Of a stretch of DNA of 64,000 nucleotides, positions 35,532 through 43,322 are shown piece after piece. Position 1 is the first letter of the stretch, and each line of letters begins with the position of its first letter. The stretch comes from an uncultured Solirubrobacterales bacterium (GTDB lineage: Bacteria > Actinomycetota > Thermoleophilia > Solirubrobacterales > JBBDJG01): the NCBI GenBank assembly GCA_963816975.1, contig CAWFMD010000006.1, positions 1,374,465-1,438,464 of the forward strand. Direction: 5' to 3'. The notes under the pieces are model-generated. The model was given only the letters and a program-made list of their open reading frames with translations. It was not told where the DNA came from and made no database searches. The position numbers and the translations under genes are program-made.

Positions 35532-37349
35532 CTAGCGACGCGGTGCCGTGGCGAGGGCCTTTGCCGGGCGCCGGCGAAGATCCCGCAGGGAGGTTCGCTC
35601 GCGCTCCATCCGCGGCGCCAGCGCGAGGAATCTCTCCACGAGCCGGGGGTCGAACGCCGTGCCGCTGCGCGCACGGATCTCGGCGAGCGCGGCGTCGAGG
35701 CTCCATGCGGGCTTGTAGGCGCGCTCCGACATGAGCGCGTCGAATACGTCGCAGATCGAGCAGATCCTTCCCGCCATCGGGATCTCCTCTCCGCGCAGTC
35801 CCGCCGGGTAGCCGCTGCCGTCCCACCGCTCGTGGTGCGTGCGGGCGATCACCTCGGCAACCTGGATCAGACGCGATCCTGAGCCCGCGAGAATCTCGCT
35901 GCCGATCTTCGTGTGGCTCCTCATGATCTCGCGCTCCTCGGCCGTGAACTCGCCCGGCTTGCGCAGGATCGCGTCGGGGATCCCGATCTTGCCGAGGTCG
36001 TGCAGGGCGCTCGCGTCCCGGAGGAGCTCGGCGTCGTCGACGCTCCAGCCGGCGTCGACTGCGAGTTGATAACAGAGCCGGCCGATTCGCTCGATGTGCT
36101 CACCGGTTTCGCGGTCGCGCGACTCCGCCGCCTGTCCGAGCCGGTACACGACCTCCATCTGGGTCTCGCGCAGCTCCGTGGTGCGCTTGCGCACCTCTCG
36201 CTCGAGCTCGTCCTTGCGATGCACGACGCGGCGGCGCTCGCTGCTCTCCGCAAGGTATGCGGCGGTGACCGCGGTCACGGTTCCGGTCATCAGTGCCGCG
36301 ATCGGATAGGTGAAGACCACGACCCACCCGGCGTTGAAGAGCTCCTGCGCGACGATCGCGTAGCCGATCGCCACCGAGGGAACGAGCACGACGAGCAGCC
36401 GCGCCCGCATGTAGGCGATTCCGAGCGTGGGTGCGAGCCCAAGTGCCAGGATCATGAGCAGGTCGATCCAGTCCGGCACGCTGCGCAGCGGGACACCGTG
36501 CATGGCGGTCCAGATCGCGTTCGCCTGGATCTCCGGTCCCGACATCGGATTCTCGTCTGACATCGGTGTCGGGTGGATGTCCTGCAGGGTCGACGCCGAC
36601 GCGCCCACCACGACCACCTTGTCGCGTAGCGCCGCGAAGGGGACGTCGCCTTCGACCAGGTCGGCGAAGGAGAAGGTCGGCACCGTTGCCGGGGGGCCGC
36701 GGTAGTCGATCCATGCGCCGCCGTGGTCGAACAGATGCCGCGGCGGCGGGTGTCCCGTCGCCTGGCCGGCGGTGGCCACGCCGAAGGTCTCGAGCCCGGC
36801 CTCCTCGTAGGCGATCTTGCGGACCACGCCCCCGCGGTCGACGGGGACGTTGCTCGCGGCGGCCCGGGCCCGCGCCCGCGCGACGTTGGCGTCGCCACCG
36901 AGCACGTTCGTGCGGCCCCGCTGGTCGACCTCCGTGGTGGCGAGCACCACATTGCCCGCCCGCCTGATCGCACGGTAGAGGGCAAGATCTTCGGCCGGCT
37001 TCGTGGGCTCCGTGAACTGGACGTCGTACGCGATCTGCCTGACGCCGGCCGCACGGAGCCGATCGATCGCGGTGGCGTGCAGCGAGCGTGGGAAGGGCCA
37101 CTGGATCTCCAGCCTGGAGAAGGTCACCTCGTCGATCGCGATCACGACTACGTCGTCGGGGGGATCCGCCTCGCGCAGTGTGAAGCGCATGTCGAGGCTG
37201 TCACCCTCCAGGGGTCCCCAGGCATCCGTCACGTACGCCAGGCAACTGAGGGCGACGGCGATCGTGGCCGCGAGCACCGTACCAACCCGACGGCCGGCCG
37301 CGCGGGTCGCGCGAAGGTCGCGCGCCCGACCCTTCGATCTCCTGCGCAT
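35532..37349 (-). CDS. CHASE2 sensor domain / HD-GYP domain signalling protein (putative c-di-GMP phosphodiesterase)
   Basis: Periplasmic CHASE2 pattern (VVVIAIDEVTF..WPFPRSLHA..YDVQF), three C-proximal TM helices, then HD-GYP (HIERIG, ALHDLGKIGIPD, HHERWDGSGYP). ATG 37349 chosen; GTG 37367 is possible. Confidence 0.85.
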   Translation of the reverse strand: MRRRSKGRARDLRATRAAGRRVGTVLAATIAVALSCLAYVTDAWGPLEGDSLDMRFTLREADPPDDVVVIAIDEVTFSRLEIQWPFPRSLHATAIDRLRAAGVRQIAYDVQFTEPTKPAEDLALYRAIRRAGNVVLATTEVDQRGRTNVLGGDANVARARARAAASNVPVDRGGVVRKIAYEEAGLETFGVATAGQATGHPPPRHLFDHGGAWIDYRGPPATVPTFSFADLVEGDVPFAALRDKVVVVGASASTLQDIHPTPMSDENPMSGPEIQANAIWTAMHGVPLRSVPDWIDLLMILALGLAPTLGIAYMRARLLVVLVPSVAIGYAIVAQELFNAGWVVVFTYPIAALMTGTVTAVTAAYLAESSERRRVVHRKDELEREVRKRTTELRETQMEVVYRLGQAAESRDRETGEHIERIGRLCYQLAVDAGWSVDDAELLRDASALHDLGKIGIPDAILRKPGEFTAEEREIMRSHTKIGSEILAGSGSRLIQVAEVIARTHHERWDGSGYPAGLRGEEIPMAGRICSICDVFDALMSERAYKPAWSLDAALAEIRARSGTAFDPRLVERFLALAPRMERERTSLRDLRRRPAKALATAPRR

Positions 37350-37474
37350 GTGAGTCCGTGAGAGCACGAGCTGACGAGTGCCCTGGGGGCGCCCGACAGT
37401 CGCATCGGCATCGGCTCGGCGGCGCTTGAGAACGATCGGCCCGCCCGCTCGCGCCAGTGCGGCGCGAGCTTCGG

Positions 37475-38242
37475 TCAGTCCGAGCCGGGGAGCCGACCTC
37501 CCACGAACTGGGTGAGGCCGGCCAGGCGCTGGCGGACGTCAATGAACCCGAGCGCGCGCAACGCGTCAACGAGTTCCTGCTGCTCGAACATGCGGATCCC
37601 CGCGGGCGCGGCGACTGCCCGCTCGAGCGCGCGCAACGCTCCCGTGCGCCCGTGGCTCGACGTGAACAGCGCGATGCGCCCGCCCGGGGCCAGCACGCGG
37701 CGCATCTCGTCGAGGGCCAGGTAGGGGTCGGGGAACAGGTTCAAGGCGGCGAAGCAGCACGCGGCGTCGAAGGACGCCGCTCGAAACGGCAGCGCGGCCG
37801 CGTCCGCGAACGCGAAGCACAGGTTGTCGATACCGGCGGCATGCGTCTCGCGCACCGCGCGTTCCAGCATCGGGCGGGAGGCGTCGACTCCCACCACGAG
37901 ACCGCCACCGCCTACGGCGTGGGCGAAGTCCCGCGAGAAGTTCCCGGGGCCGCAGGCGACGTCGAGCACGCCGTCACCCGGGCCGAGGCCCATCAGGAGC
38001 CTGGCGATCCGCTTCTCGTCCGCCATGCCCGGGCCGCCGATGCCCTTTGCCATCCGGCCCAGCGCGGGGCGCCACCAGCGCTCGTAGACGCGGGTCACCG
38101 GACCCGCCTGCATCAGGCTGCCGACCAGACCCGGCTGCTCGATGTCCCGGCCCAGTACCTCCAGATAGCCGTCGTGCAGGACCGCGTCGCGGTGATCGGG
38201 GCGCAGCAGCGGCCGCACCCGCTCGCAGGGGGAGCCGCTCAC
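37475..38242 (-). CDS. Class I SAM-dependent methyltransferase
   Basis: SAM motif I VLDVACGPGNFS and post-I VVGVDAS. GTG 38242 forms a GTGA overlap with the upstream stop. Confidence 0.85.
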   Translation of the reverse strand: MSGSPCERVRPLLRPDHRDAVLHDGYLEVLGRDIEQPGLVGSLMQAGPVTRVYERWWRPALGRMAKGIGGPGMADEKRIARLLMGLGPGDGVLDVACGPGNFSRDFAHAVGGGGLVVGVDASRPMLERAVRETHAAGIDNLCFAFADAAALPFRAASFDAACCFAALNLFPDPYLALDEMRRVLAPGGRIALFTSSHGRTGALRALERAVAAPAGIRMFEQQELVDALRALGFIDVRQRLAGLTQFVGGRLPGSD

Positions 38243-38523
38243 CCGGCGTCGCGACCGAGCCGGAGGCTCGGCAGCGGCTGTTCGTGCTCCTGCACGTGAC
38301 CGTCGCCCTGACCTTCGCGCGCGATGCGCTCGAGCCGCGCGATCGCGCGCTCCCCCTCAATGCGGGCGGGGTCTGCGGGCGGCAGGCTCGCGATCAGGCG
38401 CGCCACGCGATCGCGGATCTGGAGCGCAAAATGGGGAGTCGCGGGCCCCAGCAGCTCGCGCACGTCGTCGACCGTGACGCGGTGCTGCGGGGCGAGTCGG
38501 TCGGGTCGCTCTGCGCCGCTCAT
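38239..38523 (-). CDS. Small conserved-looking hypothetical protein (94 aa)
   Basis: ATG 38523 (MSGAERPDRL..VTVDDVRELLGPATPHFALQIRDRV). Only the last 94 codons of track ORF 38239..39831 look coding; the rest overlaps the next gene. Confidence 0.5.
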   Translation of the reverse strand: MSGAERPDRLAPQHRVTVDDVRELLGPATPHFALQIRDRVARLIASLPPADPARIEGERAIARLERIAREGQGDGHVQEHEQPLPSLRLGRDAG

Positions 38524-38549
38524 GCCCGCAAGAGTACGGCCCGCCGCTC

Positions 38550-39737
38550 CTACAGTCCCTCGTCGCGCACGCGCACGATCTCGGCCAGCTCGTCGATCCT
38601 GGCCTGCACGCCCAGGCTGATCGCGGACTCGTCTCCCAGGATCCAGGCGTGGTTGTAGACGCCCCGCACCGGGTCGAACCGGTAGCCGGGCTGGATGTCG
38701 AGCAGGTAGTCCTCCAGCGGCCCTGGGAGCTTGTCCTTGTCGTCGACGAGCAGCAACGGCCCATAGGTGCCGCTCCCTCCGAGCGCCGCAGCCGCGGCCG
38801 CGTCGCCCGTGCGGCCGGAGTTGGCGAACACGAGGCCGTGTCCGGGGTCGCGGACTCCCCAGCCGAAGGTCGCGTCGGAGTAGCGTGCGAACGCGATCGC
38901 GTTGGTCACGGGTGTGCTGCCCTGGATCCGCTTGACCGGGCCGAGCCGCCGCAGCGAGCGCTCCACTTCTGACGAGATCACGTGCTCGGGCCCGAGCACG
39001 TAGATGCGCGGCTGCTCGTGGCGGTTGATCGCCTGCCGCGTCGCGCGCGGCAGGGCGTTGCGTTCCGTGAAGAGCACCGAGTCGCCGGACTTGGCCGCCC
39101 ACGAAGCCGCGGGCATCGCGAACTGCGGCTGGTCCACCGAGACGATCACGACGTTGGCGGACGGGCGCTTCGCGACATCGGTGCGAAACGCGTCGATCGT
39201 GGCTGCGAGCCTGACCGGGTCGCCGCCCGCAATGCGGCGCGAGCGCAGCTCTCCCGGTGCCCGAGCGTCCCCGACCTCGATGGCCTGCGCGCCGCCCGCG
39301 TCGGGCGCCCCGGTCGGTTTGAGCGTGTCCAGGGCGGTCGCGGTGGCGCGCGGCAGGTCTCCGCCGTCGGTCAGCAGGATCGGGGCGCGCAGCGGCCGGC
39401 CCATCAGGGCGGCGGCCGCGATCGCCGCGCGCCAGTCGTCCCGGTCGACGAGCGTCACGGCCCGCGGGCGCGTGCCGCGGGTCTGCCCGGGATAGGTCGC
39501 GGCGGCCGTCCCGGCCGCGTCGGCGACCGCGTCCCGACCACCGACCCGCGTCGTGTTCTTGGTCGCGAGCGCGGGGAAGCCGAGCACGGCCTGGTTCGCG
39601 GTGTCCTCCTTGAGCTGGACCTCGACCGGATTGCCGTCGTCGCCGCACGCGCCGATCGCCAGCGCAAGCGCGACCATCACGATCACCGTCCCGGTCAGAT
39701 GCGCGCCTGTGCGGGGCTCCGCCATCGAGCGGCGCAC
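38550..39737 (-). CDS. Lipoprotein with three putative cell-wall-binding (CWB2-like) repeats
   Basis: Lipobox LAIGAC. Three repeats with R[VI].G.D....A pattern plus 'ILLTD..LP', 'VLFTERNALP' and 'LLLVDDKDKLP' segments, typical of cell wall binding repeat 2. Confidence 0.65.
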   Translation of the reverse strand: MRRSMAEPRTGAHLTGTVIVMVALALAIGACGDDGNPVEVQLKEDTANQAVLGFPALATKNTTRVGGRDAVADAAGTAAATYPGQTRGTRPRAVTLVDRDDWRAAIAAAALMGRPLRAPILLTDGGDLPRATATALDTLKPTGAPDAGGAQAIEVGDARAPGELRSRRIAGGDPVRLAATIDAFRTDVAKRPSANVVIVSVDQPQFAMPAASWAAKSGDSVLFTERNALPRATRQAINRHEQPRIYVLGPEHVISSEVERSLRRLGPVKRIQGSTPVTNAIAFARYSDATFGWGVRDPGHGLVFANSGRTGDAAAAAALGGSGTYGPLLLVDDKDKLPGPLEDYLLDIQPGYRFDPVRGVYNHAWILGDESAISLGVQARIDELAEIVRVRDEGL

Positions 39738-39804
39738 GATAGCGGCTGGACCTCCCGGGCCCGAAAGCTGGTTGACGGGGCCCGAGGGGGGTACACTTTG
39801 ACTT

Positions 39805-39824
39805 GGTTGACTCGTCAGTCAACC
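39805..39824. promoter_or_regulatory. Inverted repeat GGTTGACT-CGTC-AGTCAACC (candidate operator), preceded by an extra TTGACT half-site
   Basis: 8-bp arms with a 4-nt spacer, 60 nt upstream of the acyl-CoA dehydrogenase ATG. Same TTGACT/AGTCAA arms as 30297..30312. Confidence 0.45.
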
Positions 39825-39883
39825 GCCGCACGGCATGGCAGCCCGAGCGTCATGCGGCGGCCGAAGACTTGGAGCCGGAGCGG

Positions 39884-41215
39884 ATGGACTTTCGACTCAG
39901 CGACGACAGCCTCGAGTGGCAGCAGTACTGCCGGCAGTTCGCACGCGAGGTGGTGCGGCCTGCCGCTGCGCAGCACGATCGGGACGAGAGCGTGCCTTAC
40001 GACGTGATGCAGAAGGCCTACGAGTGGAAGCTCGCCGGCCTCGAGTGGATCCAGACGCTGCAGACGGACACGGAAGGGCTGAAGGGCGTCATCTACGCCG
40101 AGGAGGTCCACTGGGGCTGTGCGGGCATCGCACTCGCCATCTCCGCCTCCACGCTGTGCGCGGCGGGGATCGCCTCCTCCGGCACACCCGAGCAGATCGG
40201 CCGCTGGATCCCCGAGGTGATCGGCAACAAGGACGACCCCAAGATCGGGGCCTACGCCGTCACCGAGCCCGCTGCCGGCTCGGACGTGAAGTCGCTGCGC
40301 ACGACCGCCAAGCGCGACGGCGACGACTGGATCCTGAACGGCACCAAGACCTTCATCTCGAACGGCGGCATCGCGGATGTGACGGTCGTGGTCGCGACCG
40401 TCGACCCGGACCTCGGGCACCGGGGCCAGGCGTCGTTCATCGTGACCGGCGACAACCCCGGCCTGAAGCTCGGCCACAAGGAGTCCAAGCTCGGCATCCG
40501 TGCCTCACAGACCGCAGAGATCGTGCTGGAGGACTGCCGCGTCCCCGGCGACCACCTGCTGGGCGGCGAGGAGAAGTTGCAGCGCAAGCTCGAGCGGGCC
40601 CGCTCGGGCAAGAGCTCTGGTGCCTCCGGCGCGCTGGCGACGTTCGAGATCACGCGCCCGACCGTCGGCGCCTCTGCGCTGGGCATCGCGCAGGCCGCCT
40701 ACGAGTGGACTCTCGAGTACCTGCACGGCCGCACCGAGGACGGGCGTCCCCTGCTCCAGGAGCAGCGCATCCAGCAGGTGCTGGCCGACGTTGCGACCGA
40801 GATCGAGGCGGCGCGACTGCTGGTGTGGCGCGCGGCCTGGATGGGCCGCCATGGTGTGCCGATGACCGGCGGCCAGGGCTCCATGTCCAAGCTCAAGGGC
40901 GGCGACGTGGCGATGTGGGCCACCACGGAGTTGATGGACCTGGTCGGGCCCGCCGCGCAGTCGATGGACTATCCGCTCGAGAAGTGGTTCCGCGACGCCA
41001 AGATCTACCAGATCTTCGAGGGCACGGCGCAGATCCAGCGGCTGGTCATCGCCCGCATGCAGACGACCGAGTACACCGAGCGGCTGCAGTTCGCGCAGGA
41101 GGTGGCGGCCGCCGCCCAGGGCCAGGGGTCCGGCAACGGTGTCGTCTCGCAGGCGCCGGGCAACGCTCCGTCGGAGCAGCCCGCCGGCGCCGAGGCGCAG
41201 CGTGTCCCTGCCTAG
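39884..41215 (+). CDS. Acyl-CoA dehydrogenase
   Basis: AYAVTEPAAGSDV, GTKTFISNGG and IYQIFEGTAQIQRLVIAR. GGAG lies before ATG 39884. Low-complexity C-terminal tail. Confidence 0.9.
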   Translation: MDFRLSDDSLEWQQYCRQFAREVVRPAAAQHDRDESVPYDVMQKAYEWKLAGLEWIQTLQTDTEGLKGVIYAEEVHWGCAGIALAISASTLCAAGIASSGTPEQIGRWIPEVIGNKDDPKIGAYAVTEPAAGSDVKSLRTTAKRDGDDWILNGTKTFISNGGIADVTVVVATVDPDLGHRGQASFIVTGDNPGLKLGHKESKLGIRASQTAEIVLEDCRVPGDHLLGGEEKLQRKLERARSGKSSGASGALATFEITRPTVGASALGIAQAAYEWTLEYLHGRTEDGRPLLQEQRIQQVLADVATEIEAARLLVWRAAWMGRHGVPMTGGQGSMSKLKGGDVAMWATTELMDLVGPAAQSMDYPLEKWFRDAKIYQIFEGTAQIQRLVIARMQTTEYTERLQFAQEVAAAAQGQGSGNGVVSQAPGNAPSEQPAGAEAQRVPA

Positions 41216-41252
41216 CGCGCAAGAGATGTAAGCAACATCTAGCCTGAGCGCG

Positions 41253-42164
41253 ATGGCGCACGCGCACTCCCACGGGCTCGACGCGCGCCGGGCCGGCAAC
41301 CGCTCGCGGATGGCGATCGCGCTCGCGATCAACGTCGTGCTGCTGGTGGGCACCGTGGTTGGCGGGATCCTGACGGACTCGCTGGCGCTGTTGGCCGACG
41401 CCGGGCACCTGCTGTCGGACGTCGGGGCGATCGTGATCGGCCTGGCCGCCGCCCGCCTGGCGGCGCGCGCCCCGACCCCCGCGCGCACTTTCGGGCTGCA
41501 GCGCAGCGAGGTGCTGGGCGCGCTTGCCAACGGCGTGCTGCTGGTCGTGATCGCGGTGCTGATCGTGGTCGAGGCGGTCGGGCGGTTCGGGTCCGCGCCC
41601 GACGTGTCGGGCGGCGGGGTGCTGGCGGTCGGCCTGGCCGGCCTGGCCGGCAACATCGCGGCCACCTGGGTGCTCGCCGCGGGGGATCGCGCCGACCTCA
41701 ACCTCGAGGGCGTGCTGCGGCACTCCGCGGCGGACGCGCTCAGCTCGATCGGCGTCGTGGTGGCGGCGATCCTGATCCTGGCCGCGGGCTGGGACGAGGC
41801 GGACCCGCTCGCCAGCCTCCTGATCGCGGGGCTGATCCTCGTGGGCTCCTGGCGGCTGTTGAAGGAACCGGTCGACGTGCTGCTCGAGGCGGCGCCGCAG
41901 GGGACGGACGTGTCGGCGATCGGCACCGCGATGGCGGCCGAGCGTGACGTGGTCGAGGTCCACGACCTGCACGTCTGGACCGTCACGTCGGGGTTCCCGG
42001 CGCTCAGCGCGCACGTCGTGGTCTGTCCCGGCTGTGATCGCGATCGCGTGCTGCGGCGTGTGGAGGCGCTCCTGCGCGAGCGCTTCGGCATCACGCACGC
42101 GACCCTGCAGATGGTCGAGCACACTGCGGGTGACGGCCTGATCCAGGTCGAGCGCCGGGACTGA
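41253..42164 (+). CDS. Cation diffusion facilitator (CzcD/ZitB-like) metal efflux transporter
   Basis: His-rich N-terminus MAHAHSHG, TM2 motif SLALLADAGHLLSDV, C-terminal cytoplasmic domain (HDLHVWT). Confidence 0.9.
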   Translation: MAHAHSHGLDARRAGNRSRMAIALAINVVLLVGTVVGGILTDSLALLADAGHLLSDVGAIVIGLAAARLAARAPTPARTFGLQRSEVLGALANGVLLVVIAVLIVVEAVGRFGSAPDVSGGGVLAVGLAGLAGNIAATWVLAAGDRADLNLEGVLRHSAADALSSIGVVVAAILILAAGWDEADPLASLLIAGLILVGSWRLLKEPVDVLLEAAPQGTDVSAIGTAMAAERDVVEVHDLHVWTVTSGFPALSAHVVVCPGCDRDRVLRRVEALLRERFGITHATLQMVEHTAGDGLIQVERRD

Positions 42165-42184
42165 CCCGGCCGGCCCGGGCTGAG

Positions 42185-43000
42185 TCAGATGATCACCGGC
42201 ACGGTGCCGCCGTCGACGCTCCACGCCGCCCCGGCCACATAGGACGCGCGCTCCGAGCACAGGAACACGATCGCGCCCGCGATCTCCCCGGGTTCGGCCA
42301 TGCGGCCGATCGGCCGCCCGGCGCCGGACTTCAGCATCGCCTCCTGCGCGCCCGCCAGGCCCGAGAGGGCGGCCGACTGGTCGGCCAGCCCGCCCGCGCC
42401 GACCCACAATTCGGATTTGGTCGGCCCGGGGCACACCGCGTTGACGAGCACGCCGTCCGGCGCGCAGCGATCCGCCCACAGGCGTGAGAGTGAAAGCTGG
42501 GCGGCCTTGGCCACGGAGTACTCGGGCATGTTGGCGGACGGGCGCTTGCCCGCCGTGCTCGCGACATTCACCACGCGGCCCCAGCGGCGCGCGCGCATCC
42601 CCGGCACGAGCGCGCGCATCGCGCGGTGCGACGCCATCACGTTCAGCTCCCATGCGGCGCTCCAGTCCTCGTCGGGGACGTCGTCGAGGTCGCGCCAGCG
42701 CGCGGTGCCCGCGTTGTTGACGAGCACGTCGGGCTCGCCCAGGTCTGTGCGGGCCGCGCCGAGCATGCGCTCCCCGGCATCGGCGTCGGTCACGTCGCAG
42801 CGCAGGGCCGCGGCGCGGCCGCCCGCAGCGCGGCCGCCCGCAGCGCGGCATGTCTCGAGCGCTTGCGCGAGCGCATCGGGCGAGCGCGCCACGAGCAGCA
42901 CCGCAGCACCCTCCTCACACAGCGCCAGCGAGGTCGCCAGCCCGATGCCGCGGCTCGCGCCGGTCACGACGCACACCTTTCCTCCCAGGCCCAGATCCAC
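42185..43000 (-). CDS. SDR family oxidoreductase
   Basis: VVTGASRGIGLA (TGxxxGxG), NNAG, and YSVAK (YxxxK). Confidence 0.9.
   Translation of the reverse strand: MDLGLGGKVCVVTGASRGIGLATSLALCEEGAAVLLVARSPDALAQALETCRAAGGRAAGGRAAALRCDVTDADAGERMLGAARTDLGEPDVLVNNAGTARWRDLDDVPDEDWSAAWELNVMASHRAMRALVPGMRARRWGRVVNVASTAGKRPSANMPEYSVAKAAQLSLSRLWADRCAPDGVLVNAVCPGPTKSELWVGAGGLADQSAALSGLAGAQEAMLKSGAGRPIGRMAEPGEIAGAIVFLCSERASYVAGAAWSVDGGTVPVII
42813..42849. repeat. In-frame 15-bp tandem duplication (GCGCGGCCGCCCGCA, about 2.5 copies) inside the SDR gene
   Basis: Encodes the AAGGRAAGGRAA stretch of the protein. Confidence 0.6.
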
Positions 43001-43129
43001 GCGCAGCAGTCTAGGACTGGGCGCAATCTCTCGTGCAGCGGCGCGGCGCAGGGCAGGAAAACGCGCCGGCCCGCGTCTTGCTGCTAAGGTTCCCGCGCTT
43101 TTGCAGGCAAATCAGTTCTGGGAGGTACG

Positions 43130-43312
43130 AACCTTCTCGAGCCGCTGAGTTCTCCCCGTGGCGGCCAGGACGGCCAAGCGGGGCGAAGCGGGGGAACCAA
43201 AGGCCAGCAGTGGGCGCCGGTTGGCGCCCTCGGGGCTAATCGCCGCGAGCCTCTTCGACGGTGTAGCGCCAGCTCTTCCGGCGCGAGTCCGACAGCTAAC
43301 CCCGTAAGCGTT
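43130..43312 (+). promoter_or_regulatory. Candidate ydaO/yuaA-type (cyclic-di-AMP) riboswitch in the leader of the M23 peptidase gene
   Basis: The 322-nt non-coding leader contains the blocks I associate with this motif: GCCGCUGAGUUC, GCGGGGGAACCAAA, CGGGGCUAAUCGCC and the 3' signature GAGUCCGACAGCUAACCCCGUAAGCG, which ends 12 nt before the ATG. The 5' boundary is approximate. Confidence 0.65.
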
Positions 43313-43322
43313 GGAAAGAGAC

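Noticed and set aside
35479-35826. N-terminal 116 codons of track ORF 33967..35826.
   Set aside because: This stretch is Arg-rich, overlaps the 3' end of the CHASE2-HD-GYP gene, and precedes a good signal peptide that starts at GTG 35478.
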